A DNA stretch of 64,000 nt from Minisyncoccales bacterium (GCA_049642725.1 JBARPC010000004.1:27052-91051), one strand, 5' to 3'. Counted from the first letter of the stretch, positions 36,358-46,454 are shown. Notes: a model not told the origin generated them from the sequence alone. Numbers and translations are program-made.

Positions 36358-37485
36358 TTATTTTAGATATTTCTTCCCCTTTAGTTTATCTGGAAGTAAA
36401 TCTTCTTTAGTATACTGCTCATATCCTTTTCCATAATTTAATTTTTTCATAAATTTTGTCGGAGCATTCCGCAACGATAAAGGGATTGGCAGATTTCCAT
36501 GTTTCTTGACATCTTCCATTGCAGATATATAAGCGCTATAAGCGCTTCTGTCTTTCTTGCTTTTAGACAAATACATTGCGCCATGAGCTAAATTAATACC
36601 GCACTCTGGCAGTCCGATTATCTCTACTGCCCTGAATACATCATTTGCCACCACTAAAGCTGTTGGCTGAGCTATCCCAATATCTTCAGAAGCAAAAATA
36701 ACCATTCTTCTTGCTATAAATTTAGGATCCTCTCCAGAATCAATCATCCTAGCCAGATAATACAAGGCAGCATCTGGCTGGGAAGCTCTCATGCTTTTAA
36801 TAAAGGCCGAAATAGTATTGTAATGTTCTTCTCCTTTCTTATCATACCTTAAAAACTTTGACTGAAGAGTATTTTTCAAACTTTCTATGGTAATTTCATT
36901 ATAAAGCTGGGACGCGCTTTCTAACATTGTAATGGCCTGTCTTGCATCTCCGTTTGCCATAGCAACCAGCCAGTCCTTTGCTTTTTTATCTATTTTAAAT
37001 CCAGTTCGTTTAATAATGGCTATCATTTCTTTTTCTGAAAGCTCATTTAAAACAAAAACCCTGCAACGTGAAAGCAAGGGCGGAATCATTTCAAAACTTG
37101 GGTTTTCTGTAGTGGCTCCAATAAGGGTTATCTCTCCTCTTTCTATAAGCGGAAGCAGGAAGTCCTGCTGGGACTTATTGAAACGGTGAGTTTCATCTAA
37201 AAATAAAATCTTGGATTCCTTTCCGGAATCTTCAGCCACTATCTTTCTAATATCTGCTTTTCCAGCAGAAACAGCAGACAGCTCGTAAAAACGCGCTTTT
37301 AAACTATTGGCATATATTTTTGCCAAAGTGGTCTTCCCTGTTCCCGGAGGGCCCCAAAGAATAAAAGAAAACAGATGCTTTTGTTTTATAGCAATATTCA
37401 AGGGTTTTCCTTCCCCTGCTAAATGTTCCTGCCCGACAAATTCCTCTAATGTTTTTGGCCGTATTTTTGAAGCTAAAGGTTCCAT
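36358..37485 (-). CDS. rarA: Replication-associated recombination protein A (AAA+ ATPase)
   Basis: WGPPGTGKTTLA Walker A, LFLDETHRF Walker B, MgsA C-terminal domain. Confidence 0.85.
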   Translation of the reverse strand: MEPLASKIRPKTLEEFVGQEHLAGEGKPLNIAIKQKHLFSFILWGPPGTGKTTLAKIYANSLKARFYELSAVSAGKADIRKIVAEDSGKESKILFLDETHRFNKSQQDFLLPLIERGEITLIGATTENPSFEMIPPLLSRCRVFVLNELSEKEMIAIIKRTGFKIDKKAKDWLVAMANGDARQAITMLESASQLYNEITIESLKNTLQSKFLRYDKKGEEHYNTISAFIKSMRASQPDAALYYLARMIDSGEDPKFIARRMVIFASEDIGIAQPTALVVANDVFRAVEIIGLPECGINLAHGAMYLSKSKKDRSAYSAYISAMEDVKKHGNLPIPLSLRNAPTKFMKKLNYGKGYEQYTKEDLLPDKLKGKKYLK

Positions 37486-37743
37486 TTATTTTTTCTTTAA
37501 ACTCACAAAATTAGATTGAAGAAAATGCTCAATGCCTAAAACTGTTTCTTTTTTTAATTTTGCAGGACTTTCAGCTACCCAAACAGCAAAATTATAAAGA
37601 ATTTTATCTTTATATTTTATAAAAAGAGTTATCACTGGGGTAATATCAGAATTTGAATAATCAATCCTTCCATCTAGGAGTTTTGGCAATTCTTTGGCAA
37701 ATTCTCTGATTGTGTTTAATATACTCTTTTCTTTGGTATCCAT
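37486..37743 (-). CDS. Hypothetical protein (85 aa)
   Basis: Fills the co-directional gap between rarA and the flavoprotein gene. Protein-like composition. Confidence 0.4.
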   Translation of the reverse strand: MDTKEKSILNTIREFAKELPKLLDGRIDYSNSDITPVITLFIKYKDKILYNFAVWVAESPAKLKKETVLGIEHFLQSNFVSLKKK

Positions 37744-37751
37744 AAAATAAG

Positions 37752-38333
37752 TTAAGAAATAAGTTTCTTGCCTAATTGTATTAGTTTATCTTTTTCAACT
37801 TCAGGTTCGCTATTAATAGCATATACACTGCCAATTATTTTCAAACCCAATTGGTTGCAAAAATTTTCCATACTCGTTATGCATTTTTGGACAGTTTCTT
37901 GCATTTTTACTTTAATAATTGGATTTTTTATTGCTTCTTCTGGATTAAAATTATCTAACCATTTAACTTCTTCTTTTTTGAAATTACCTATTGCCACTAA
38001 AGCAGATTTTTTACCCTTCAAAGTTCTTGAAAAATATAATGGCAAGCATCTATCCATAAAAATTTTCATATAGCTAGACACATTATCAAAATATGTTGGG
38101 CTTCCTAAAACAATAATATCAGCTTTTGATAATTTATCATATAATTCTTGCATATCGTCATTTACTATACATTTATGGGATTTATAACAACTGCCGCAAG
38201 CATTACAAGGTTTAATGTTTTTATCTTTTAGAATAACTAATTCATAATTATATCCTGTTGCATTAAGAACAGTTTTTAACATATAATTTGTATTTTTATT
38301 TCTTGGGCTTCCAGATATGCCAATAATTCTCAT
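37752..38333 (-). CDS. NAD(P)H-dependent FMN reductase / iron-sulfur flavoprotein-like (flavodoxin fold with a Cys cluster)
   Basis: MRIIGISGSPRNKNTN flavodoxin-like N-terminus. CNACGSC...C cysteine cluster. Confidence 0.7.
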   Translation of the reverse strand: MRIIGISGSPRNKNTNYMLKTVLNATGYNYELVILKDKNIKPCNACGSCYKSHKCIVNDDMQELYDKLSKADIIVLGSPTYFDNVSSYMKIFMDRCLPLYFSRTLKGKKSALVAIGNFKKEEVKWLDNFNPEEAIKNPIIKVKMQETVQKCITSMENFCNQLGLKIIGSVYAINSEPEVEKDKLIQLGKKLIS

Positions 38334-38440
38334 AATTTTATTTTACCGTATCTGTCTGAAGCTCGCAATAGCGAAGGAAAACAAAAAACCGCCTGTGCCA
38401 GCTGACATATTGGCGATTTTTAAAAATATTTTAGTATTCT

Positions 38441-38685
38441 AATTTTACTCCAATTTTTTCAGCAATTTGCTGGAACCATTTTTCGTGACGGTCAACTTTG
38501 CGCGACAACATTACCATTTCTTGAAATATGTGTCTGCTTTCTTGGCATATGCGTCAACAGAAGTTTGAAGATTATTAAAATCATCTTTAGTTGTAAGATT
38601 TTTTACAGCTTCTTTTAAATCATCTTTAGTGGCAAACACATCTATCAATTTTTTAACATCTTCATCAGTAAACATATTATAAAGT
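38441..38685 (-). pseudogene. Small coiled-coil protein gene split by a -1 frameshift (MFTDEDVKKLIDVF...KKW* then MVMLSRKVDRHEKWFQQIAEKIGVKLEY)
   Basis: Hand translation shows two overlapping frames joined at AAATGGTAATG. Either a pseudogene or a sequencing error. Confidence 0.3.
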
Positions 38686-38811
38686 CAATTTATTTTTCTA
38701 ATAACATTTTATCTCTCTCATATATCTTAATTATACTTGATCTAAAAGCAGTGTCAAATAACCTATTGGATACATATTGGACATCGCATGTCCAACTCTT
38801 CAAAAAATCTC

Positions 38812-39357
38812 TTAATCAAAAATTCTACTTTGGCGATAAAATTTTATTTTCAATTTAGCCAAATCAGAATTTTCTGAAATTTCAAAAATTTTGGCAAACT
38901 CTTTTTCCGTATCAGGAAGAATACTCCTGTTAAGATTCTCTTCTTCCGACAGCCAATAATTGGCTTTATAGGAAGCAACAAATTTTCTCTCTTCTCCATC
39001 AATAAAATAAACGGTTGAAAGATTAATTGAATCTTTTCTTTTATTTAAAACTTTCACTTTTACTTTCACAAACTTTCCCTCTGTTTTCAAATCCTTTATT
39101 CTTTTTAATTCCTCTTCATTAACAGGCGGAGACACTATTTCTGCCGCTTTTAAGATATTTCCTATTTCCTTAACTTCTAAAATCTCGCAACTAACGTTTC
39201 TTGACTCAACTGATTTTTCAGGCAGACAATTAATTTGAATAGTGTGCAGCTTTTCCATTGAAACAAAAAAGCAAAAAATTCCTCCAAAAACCAAAAACAC
39301 TCCTATTATTCCACCCAAAATCCCGATTAGAATAATTCTTTTTTCTTGATTTTCCAT
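38812..39357 (-). CDS. Membrane-anchored hypothetical protein with an extracytoplasmic domain
   Basis: N-terminal TM IILIGILGGIIGVFLVFGGIFCFFV followed by a soluble domain. Confidence 0.5.
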   Translation of the reverse strand: MENQEKRIILIGILGGIIGVFLVFGGIFCFFVSMEKLHTIQINCLPEKSVESRNVSCEILEVKEIGNILKAAEIVSPPVNEEELKRIKDLKTEGKFVKVKVKVLNKRKDSINLSTVYFIDGEERKFVASYKANYWLSEEENLNRSILPDTEKEFAKIFEISENSDLAKLKIKFYRQSRIFD

Positions 39358-39450
39358 AAATTTATTTTAATTTATCACTTTTTTGGCCGCAAAAATGGCA
39401 AAAAAGTCAGAAACGTCCCTACTTTCTCTTTCTTCTTCTTTCAACCGTGG

Positions 39451-39609
39451 CTACTTCCCACAATTTTTTCCTTTTGTTTTGGCCTTACATTCGTCACAAA
39501 ACTCGCCTGTAGTAGGCTTGCTATATTTCTCCTCGTATCCTGAAGTTGGCCAGTTGTTGCAGTTGCGGCACCAATGCCAGGTGTCGCTTCCTTTTCTTTT
39601 TCTGTACAT
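39451..39609 (-). CDS. Unannotated 52-aa zinc-ribbon-like protein (MYRKRKGSDTWHWCRNCNNWPTSGYEEKYSKPTTGEFCDECKAKTKGKNCGK)
   Basis: Hand-translated. Strong SD GGAGGT 9 nt upstream of the ATG. CxxC...CxxC...C pattern. Below the 60-aa cutoff of the ORF track. Confidence 0.5.
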   Translation of the reverse strand: MYRKRKGSDTWHWCRNCNNWPTSGYEEKYSKPTTGEFCDECKAKTKGKNCGK

Positions 39610-39774
39610 AAAATTTTTACCTCCACCTGTTTAATTATTATAGTGAGTCACCGGTGGCATAACTCTTTTATTCTCGACCTTTTAACCCCAATTATATGCG
39701 TCGGAGTGTAAAATACCCCTAAACGCTTTATTATTTTATACTACCTCTTTTTTCGGGTTTTTTCAATATTCTAA

Positions 39775-39798
39775 GGTGTGCTTAACCCGGTTAAGCAC
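39775..39798. terminator. Perfect 24-nt palindrome GTGTGCTTAACCCGGTTAAGCACAC just 3' of the ABC-F gene
   Basis: Read directly. Flanked by T-rich sequence on the plus strand. Confidence 0.5.
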
Positions 39799-39801
39799 AC
39801 T

Positions 39802-41403
39802 CTATTTATTTGAATAGAGATAATCTTTATAATTCCCTAAATATGCTTTTAATTTCTTATTTTTAATTTCCCAAATATTATTACATACTTTATTGAGAAT
39901 ATAACGGTCATGGGAAACTAAAAGAATCGTGCCATTGTATTCTTTAAGCATATTAGTCACAACTTCTTTGCTTGGAAGGTCTAAATGATTTGTTGGCTCG
40001 TCTAATACAAGAAAATTTGATTTTTGCAGTATTAACTCAGCCAAAGCAACTCTTGCCCGCTCTCCGCCGCTTAATTGATGAATTTTTTTAGCGGTCTGGT
40101 TTTGGGTAAACAAAAGGCAGCCTAAAACATTTCTGATTTTTTCTTCATCGAATATTGTTTTAAACGCTACTTCTTCTAATATACTTTTTTCCGGATCCAA
40201 TTCTTCATGCGCTTGCGCGTAATAACCTATTTTTATTCCTTGCGTTATTTTTACTTTTCCAGCGATGTTCTGGCGTTCGTCAATAATAGTTTTTAACAAA
40301 CTTGATTTCCCTGTTCCGTTATTGCCTATAATGCCAATCTTATTTCCCCAATTTACTTCTATTTTGTCTTGTATTTCAAATAAAGGCGACTGCCCGTTGC
40401 CAATGATTAAATTATTAATTTCTAAGACCCTTGTGCAAGTTTTTTCTGTAATATCAAAATTGATTTTGATATCGCTGCTTGTTTTCGGTTTTTCTACTTG
40501 CTCTACTTTTGCTAATTGCTTAATCCTGCCTTGAACCTGTCCGGCTATTGCCGCCTTATATCTGAAACGGTCAATAAATTCCTGCTGCTTCTTGAAATAC
40601 TTTTGCTGATTTTTATAATTCTTTTTCTGCATTTCAACACGTTTCTCTTTTTCTTTTATATATTCGGAATAAGAACAATAATATTTTTGCAATCCCTGCC
40701 TGGTTAATTCAAATGTCTTATCGCACATTTTATCCAAAAATAATCTATCGTGAGATACGCATATTATTGTTTTATTCCAATTTAATAAAAATTGTTCCAG
40801 CCATTCTATTGTTTTTAAGTCAAGATGATTAGTCGGTTCGTCTAAAATCAACAAATTAGGTTTAGACGCTAAAATTTTAGCCAACGCTATCTTTGTCCTT
40901 TCTCCGCCGCTTAATGTCTTAATTTTCCTTTGCAGATATTGTTCTGAAAAACCAAAATTTTCTAAAAGATTTTTTATCAATCCTTCGTAGCGGTGGCTGT
41001 TCAGTTTTAGTGTTTCCGCGTCTACTGAATGCATTTCCTCTAAAAGCGTGTTTTGAAGAGATTTCCAATGAGTTTCTTGCGGCAAATATCCTATTTTGAG
41101 ATTTTTGTTTTTGCTGATATTTCCTTCGTCTGCTTCCTCTGTTCCTATAATTATTTTTAAAAGAGTGCTTTTGCCTGTTCCATTTGCGCCCACAATAGTG
41201 ATTCTGTCATTACAATTTATTGTTAAATCAATAGCAGAAAACAGGTCCTCTTCTCTATAGGATTTTGAAATACCACGTAGAATCAATAAAGGATTTTTAA
41301 CTTTCTTTGATTGGTTCTCGTAAAAAAATTTTGGAATTTTTATATTATTTTTGTCCATAAAAAAAACAGGGATTAAATAATTCAACACAACAGCCAAATA
41401 CAT
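39802..41403 (-). CDS. ABC-F family ATPase (tandem ABC domains, no TM; EttA/Uup-like translation factor)
   Basis: Two Walker A sites (GANGTGKST, GNNGTGKSS), two signatures LSGGERTK and LSGGERARV, an inter-domain linker. The true start may be the internal MDKNN Met. Confidence 0.85.
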   Translation of the reverse strand: MYLAVVLNYLIPVFFMDKNNIKIPKFFYENQSKKVKNPLLILRGISKSYREEDLFSAIDLTINCNDRITIVGANGTGKSTLLKIIIGTEEADEGNISKNKNLKIGYLPQETHWKSLQNTLLEEMHSVDAETLKLNSHRYEGLIKNLLENFGFSEQYLQRKIKTLSGGERTKIALAKILASKPNLLILDEPTNHLDLKTIEWLEQFLLNWNKTIICVSHDRLFLDKMCDKTFELTRQGLQKYYCSYSEYIKEKEKRVEMQKKNYKNQQKYFKKQQEFIDRFRYKAAIAGQVQGRIKQLAKVEQVEKPKTSSDIKINFDITEKTCTRVLEINNLIIGNGQSPLFEIQDKIEVNWGNKIGIIGNNGTGKSSLLKTIIDERQNIAGKVKITQGIKIGYYAQAHEELDPEKSILEEVAFKTIFDEEKIRNVLGCLLFTQNQTAKKIHQLSGGERARVALAELILQKSNFLVLDEPTNHLDLPSKEVVTNMLKEYNGTILLVSHDRYILNKVCNNIWEIKNKKLKAYLGNYKDYLYSNK

Positions 41404-41742
41404 TAGTCGTTTTCGGCTATTTGCAATTAATTACTTCCCTGTTAACACGCTCTCATATATTCTATTGTTTGAACAAAAACTCTCATCATAGTTTATATTA
41501 TACAAATTAAAAATTATGTCAACGTTATTCTATGCTGGCAACCCCGGTCTGATACCAAGATTTTAAGAATAATTTTGGCCATTTTAAAGGATGTCTCATT
41601 ACGCCATTCGGTCTGGGCTATTTAGACTATTTTAACACAAAATGAGAGATATAAAAAAAAGCGACTTTCCGGTAACTTTTTTCAATAATCAAGTTAAGGA
41701 TTAAGTCGCATGCAGATTTTCTCTATTTACGTATTCGCTCTT

Positions 41743-42219
41743 TTATTCTATTGAAACGACAGGTGAAGTTATCCATCCATATAAGTCGTCCGGATCAGTG
41801 CTATCAAGAGATTTAAAGTATAGCTCTCTACCTACACGCAAACATATTATTCTGCATGTGGTAAATTCAAACGTCTTTGAAGCACAGGATACTTTTCGCT
41901 CTCCTCTTTTGTTCGGTTCACTAAATTCGTAGATAGAATCATTTTTAGTAATTACCTTGATAGGCGCATTTGAAAACTCTTCTGGCACCCCAGGCGGTTT
42001 AACACCTAAAGGTTTTTGTGTCTCTCCTTTTTCAAAACACTTATTCCTTTCTTGCCAGCAAAAAGCGCAAAAAGATCCTGTCTCTCCTTTTGGCACTAAA
42101 GGTCCATTGTGTACGAATACACATCCCAACTCTCCACAATCACTACATACTTTACCCGCAAAACCTCCTCGTACTGTATCTACCATTTCTATCACCTCTT
42201 TTTTTTGGTGGTCTACCAT
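41743..42219 (-). CDS. Cys-rich hypothetical protein (158 aa), GC-shifted
   Basis: CSDCGELGC...CAFCWQERNKC pattern. Higher GC than the flanks. Confidence 0.4.
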   Translation of the reverse strand: MVDHQKKEVIEMVDTVRGGFAGKVCSDCGELGCVFVHNGPLVPKGETGSFCAFCWQERNKCFEKGETQKPLGVKPPGVPEEFSNAPIKVITKNDSIYEFSEPNKRGERKVSCASKTFEFTTCRIICLRVGRELYFKSLDSTDPDDLYGWITSPVVSIE

Positions 42220-42491
42220 TATTTTTTTAGGTAGCCCAACCTATCTGCCAATCCTGAGTTTATCGAAGGACTGACAAACACATTGGGATACCTAAATTTT
42301 CTAAAAGAACTTGTAATATAATATCCTACAATGCTATTTAAATAAGTCAAGACCAAACAAAAAACCGTCGTTTTAGCGATTTTTTATTTTGTCTTGTTTT
42401 GGCACATAACAATAATTACAATTAAAATCACAACCAGAAAGTTGGATTGTAAATACTTTACTACATTTTGAAATTCTAATTTTTTAACTAT

Positions 42492-42737
42492 TTATATCGG
42501 AACAGACCATATATTTTCAACTAAACCTAAAAACTTTGGTGACCAAACTTCTTTCATGGATGCTGAAAACCATTCTTTATTATCCATATAATCCTTATAT
42601 CTAAAATATGTATCAAGCACTTTTTTATCTTTTCGTTCTTGCCCACTACCTTCTATTTTAGCAATTAAATATTTCCCATTTTTCATCATTCGTGGTCTAA
42701 TAATATCAGCTCTTTTTGATGGATTAAAAAAAATCAT
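42492..42737 (-). CDS. Hypothetical protein (81 aa)
   Basis: ORF only. Confidence 0.3.
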   Translation of the reverse strand: MIFFNPSKRADIIRPRMMKNGKYLIAKIEGSGQERKDKKVLDTYFRYKDYMDNKEWFSASMKEVWSPKFLGLVENIWSVPI

Positions 42738-42913
42738 ATATTCTATTAAAAAATCTCCTCCTTACAAGAAATTCCTTCGTTTTTTGTTATTTTTTCTCTT
42801 TTTACCACTATTTTACTATACAAATTTGAGAAAAAGGTACCTGACCCCTTTTTCTCTGACCCCTTTTTCTCCCTTTAAAAAATAGAGTTGGCTTCTATTT
42901 TCCCAGACAGGGT

Positions 42914-43750
42914 TTACTTCTGGCATTTTGGACAAAAATGGGCGGTCCGGCCGCCAATTTTCAGAGCCACAATTTTTGCCTGACAGCGAAAACAGGGCTG
43001 GCCTTCTCGTCTATAAACTTTAAGCAAAGGCAGATAATTACCCGGTCTGCCTTTTGCGTCAACATACAAATCAGCTGAAGTGCCTCGCTTATGAATAGCG
43101 GCTGATAAAATCAATTTAATTCCTTGATAAATTTTTTCAATTTCTGCGGACTTCAGTGTCTTGACTTGACGACTGGGCTGAACTCGGGCATAAAATAAAA
43201 CTTCATCGCTATAAATATTGCCAATACCAGCCACAAAGGTCTGGTCCATTAAAAGCGGTTTAATTTTAGTTCTTGGCTTTTGGCTCAATAATTTTTTAAA
43301 CAAAGCCAAACTAAATTCTTTTGACAACGGCTCAGGACCATAATTCTCTTTTTGTTCTAATGATTTTGGTAACTCCTCAATCGGCGCTAATTTAACATAG
43401 CCGAACTGACGCATATCATTATGGAGCATTTGACTGTTATCAAAAAAAGTATAAACAAGATGAGTATGTTTCCCTATTTTCTGTCCCCTGTTTTTTACTG
43501 CCTGATAAATGATTTGGCCAGACATTTTCAAATGAATCACTAAAACATAGCCGCTAGACAATTCAATTAGCAGTAACTTAGCCCGACGTTTAATATTTTT
43601 TACTGTGGCGCCAAGTACTGCTTTTTTGAATTTAAATAAAGAACACTTAACTAAACGCGGCAATCTAACCTCAATATTTTTTATTTTCTTTCCCTTGATT
43701 TCTTTATTTAATTGTCTCCTAATTGTCTCAACTTCCGGCAACTCCGGCAT
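42914..43750 (-). CDS. mutM: Formamidopyrimidine-DNA glycosylase
   Basis: N-terminal MPELPEVETIRRQL (catalytic Pro2/Glu3). C-terminal zinc finger CFRCQ...HFCPKCQ. Confidence 0.9.
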   Translation of the reverse strand: MPELPEVETIRRQLNKEIKGKKIKNIEVRLPRLVKCSLFKFKKAVLGATVKNIKRRAKLLLIELSSGYVLVIHLKMSGQIIYQAVKNRGQKIGKHTHLVYTFFDNSQMLHNDMRQFGYVKLAPIEELPKSLEQKENYGPEPLSKEFSLALFKKLLSQKPRTKIKPLLMDQTFVAGIGNIYSDEVLFYARVQPSRQVKTLKSAEIEKIYQGIKLILSAAIHKRGTSADLYVDAKGRPGNYLPLLKVYRREGQPCFRCQAKIVALKIGGRTAHFCPKCQK

Positions 43751-43829
43751 AATAGTTATTTTAATTTATCATTTTTTTTGATTACCACTTTTCCTTTTTT
43801 TTCATAGATTACTCAGCTAAGAATCAATC

Positions 43830-44225
43830 TTATAGAATTATTTTTACTATTATTTTTCTTGTTCTTGGACCGTCAAATTCGACTAAAAAAATCTGCTGCC
43901 AAGTTCCCCGAATCACTTCCTTATTTTTAAGTGGCAAAATTTTTCCTTGACCAATCAAGCCGGAAAGGATATGAGAATCAGCGTTATCATCAATTCTATT
44001 ATGTAAAAAGTCAAAGCCGGAAACTAATTTCTTTAAGACGCTTATCCAATCTTTTTTCAACCCTTCTTCGTTCTCGGTCAAAATAATGCCGGCTGTGGAA
44101 TGAGGGACAAAAACAAAAACCAATCCCTCCTTGGCCCCGCCTTCTTTAACTATTTCTTCCACTTTTTCCGTAATATCAACTAACTGATACCTATTCTCTG
44201 TTGAAATACTAAATTCCTTAAACAT
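43830..44225 (-). CDS. YjbQ/UPF0047 family protein (secondary thiamine-phosphate synthase-like)
   Basis: VPHSTAGI, DDNADSH and GTWQQIFLVEFDGPRTRK are characteristic YjbQ motifs. Confidence 0.8.
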   Translation of the reverse strand: MFKEFSISTENRYQLVDITEKVEEIVKEGGAKEGLVFVFVPHSTAGIILTENEEGLKKDWISVLKKLVSGFDFLHNRIDDNADSHILSGLIGQGKILPLKNKEVIRGTWQQIFLVEFDGPRTRKIIVKIIL

Positions 44226-44343
44226 AACTTTAATTTAACTCATTTTTGGGTTTTTATCAATGTTTTAAAGTTATAAAAACGAAAGACGGTCGTCAGTAAA
44301 GTATGTAAAATAAAAATTCCGAAATACTCTCGGAATTTTTTTG

Positions 44344-44414
44344 CTGCCGGGTTTGGATTCGAACCAAAATAGTCACCTCCAAGGGGTGATGTCCTACCAT
44401 TAGACGACCCGGCA
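44344..44414 (-). tRNA. tRNA, probably Gln (anticodon UUG), U1-A72 and G73
   Basis: Hand-folded: acceptor UGCCGGG/CCCGGCA, U8, D-arm GTCT-AATGGTA-GGAC, anticodon stem TCACC/GGTGA with loop CCTTGGA, T-arm TTTGG-TTCGAAT-CCAAA. C33 is unusual. Confidence 0.65.
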
Positions 44415-44425
44415 ATTTTTTATTT

Positions 44426-45538
44426 TTATTTTTCTACAATTATTTCTACGATTGCTAATTCCAGAGGCAGTTGCGGTATTGATGCGTATTTAATTCTGTT
44501 CTCGGCTTGGAGAAAAAGATTTATTATTTTTTGAAGTTCTTGTGTTGTAAATTTTTCTGTTTGCTTTTCAAGGTTCTGGGTTTCTTCTTTGGTTAAACCG
44601 GTAATTAGCGGATTATTCTCGCTTACTCCTCCACTTATTTTTAAAAGCAATGCCTGCCTTAAATAATTTACCAATGCTCTGTTGAATTCCTGGACATCCT
44701 GGCCCTTATTAATGAGCTCATTTAAAAAATCAATTGCTTGCGCCGGTTCTTTTTGAATAATCAAATCAGTAAATTTACTTACCTGGTTAATTTCTACCAA
44801 ACCTAATATATCTTTAATGTCTTCTGCTTTTATCTCATTTTTCCTATCTATGCTAAAGGCAGAAACCCTGTCTAATAAACTTTCAGCATCCCTTACTGCT
44901 CCGCCGGCATTCAAAGCGATTAATTCTAAAGCTGGCTTTTCAATCTTAATCCCCTCTTTTTCACAAATAAATTCTAACCTTTTAATAATTTCTTCTAATG
45001 TGAGTTTGCAAAAATCAAATCTCTGGCAGCGGGAAATAATAGTAGGAATCATTTTATGTATTTCAGTAGTGGCTAAAATAAATATGGCGTATGACGGCGG
45101 TTCTTCTAATGTTTTTAATAAAGCATTTGATGCTTCTTTGGTCAATTGATGTGACTCATCAATAATAAACACTTTGTATTTTGATTTTGTCGGACCAAAT
45201 CTGATGCCATCTCTTAAATCCCTCATTTCATCAATCCCTCTGTGTGAAGCAGCGTCAATCTCAATTAAATCTATTGCTTTGCCCTGCTTGATTTCTAAAC
45301 AAGAATAGCATTTATTGCAAGGCTCAAAACTGTTTTGCTTTCTGTCTTCACAATTTACCGCTTTTGCCAAAATCCGTGCAATGGAGGTTTTTCCGCTGCC
45401 GCGCGGCCCGGAAAACAAATAAGCATGGGAAATCATGCCTGAAACAAGAGCGTTAGTCAGGGTCCTAACAATATACTCCTGACCAACAACTTCTTTAAAT
45501 GTCTGGGGTCTGTATTTGCGATATAGTGCTAAAGACAT
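44426..45538 (-). CDS. dnaX: DNA polymerase III subunit gamma/tau (short form)
   Basis: GPRGSGKTSIARILAK Walker A, zinc module C..C..C..C, DESHQL Walker B, SRC motif. Confidence 0.85.
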   Translation of the reverse strand: MSLALYRKYRPQTFKEVVGQEYIVRTLTNALVSGMISHAYLFSGPRGSGKTSIARILAKAVNCEDRKQNSFEPCNKCYSCLEIKQGKAIDLIEIDAASHRGIDEMRDLRDGIRFGPTKSKYKVFIIDESHQLTKEASNALLKTLEEPPSYAIFILATTEIHKMIPTIISRCQRFDFCKLTLEEIIKRLEFICEKEGIKIEKPALELIALNAGGAVRDAESLLDRVSAFSIDRKNEIKAEDIKDILGLVEINQVSKFTDLIIQKEPAQAIDFLNELINKGQDVQEFNRALVNYLRQALLLKISGGVSENNPLITGLTKEETQNLEKQTEKFTTQELQKIINLFLQAENRIKYASIPQLPLELAIVEIIVEK

Positions 45539-45559
45539 GTAAATAATAATGAGCTTCGC

Positions 45560-46156
45560 TTATTTTTTAAAAACGATGAATTTATAGCCGAGGAAGTTCC
45601 AGGTTAAGCCGGCAAAGGAAGCGGTAATTGCTCCCATATTAGCCCATTGAGCCAGATTCAAATTAAATTGAGGCCCGACTAAATTTACTATTATAGAAGC
45701 AGTGCCAATATTTATTCCAAAACCGATAGCGCTAATAACAAAGAACTGTAAAAATTCTTTTTTCGGCTTAACGGTTTTTTTCTTTTCAAATGTCCAATAT
45801 TTATTCCAAAAATAACTGTTTATTGTTGCCGCGACAAAGGAAATTCCTTTAAATAAAGAATAGTATGAACCCAGAACAATTCCTGAAAATAACATTAAAA
45901 GATTCAGAATTCCCAAGTCAATAACTGTGTTTAATACTCCTACCAAGATAAATTTAGCCAATTGCCAGAATACTTTTATTTTCCGGCTTAAAATATGAGC
46001 TATATAAAGACAAGTCAAACAAAAAACAGGCAGAAAAACAGGCAGAATCCAATATAACAACCTTACTTCCAAACCGAGATTCTTTAAAATCCCGAAGCTT
46101 AATAAAGCAATTAGCTCTCCAATAACAAGAGCTACAATAATATCTGTCTTTTTCAT
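45560..46156 (-). CDS. GtrA-family membrane protein
   Basis: FAKFILVGVLNTVIDLGILNLLM and YFWNKYWTF GtrA-like motifs. Four or more TM segments. Confidence 0.65.
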   Translation of the reverse strand: MKKTDIIVALVIGELIALLSFGILKNLGLEVRLLYWILPVFLPVFCLTCLYIAHILSRKIKVFWQLAKFILVGVLNTVIDLGILNLLMLFSGIVLGSYYSLFKGISFVAATINSYFWNKYWTFEKKKTVKPKKEFLQFFVISAIGFGINIGTASIIVNLVGPQFNLNLAQWANMGAITASFAGLTWNFLGYKFIVFKK

Positions 46157-46366
46157 GTTCTTTTATATTATCAAACTTGTTCTGTCTTGACAAGGTTTTA
46201 TAATCTGATAAACTGAAAATAGAATATGGTTTATCAAACTAAAAAAACTTGTTGCTGTTGCTGCTGTTTAATCTCTTTAAGGAAGAGACCGGTTTAGTTT
46301 CAAATAATAATAAATATAAATAAGTTAAATTGGTCTCTTTCTAAAAAGAGATTTTTTATTAAAAAT

Positions 46367-46438
46367 GGCCTGGTAGCCAAGTAGAAAGGCAACTGTCTGC
46401 AAAACAGTTACACGTGGGTGCAATTCCCGCCCAGGCCT
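46367..46438 (+). tRNA. tRNA-Cys (GCA)
   Basis: Hand-folded: acceptor GGCCTGG/CCAGGCC, U8A9, anticodon stem ACTGT/ACAGT with loop CTGCAAA (GCA), T-arm GTGGG-TGCAATT-CCCGC, discriminator U. Immediately upstream of cysK-cysS. Confidence 0.8.
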
Positions 46439-46454
46439 CAAGTAGTAAAAAAAT

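Noticed and set aside
39357-39800. Other ORFs in the 39.4-39.6 kb intergenic region (39346-39543, 39383-39634, 39441-39626)
   Set aside because: They lack an SD and have low-complexity sequence. The 52-aa zinc-ribbon ORF with a strong SD in a different frame explains the coding signal better.
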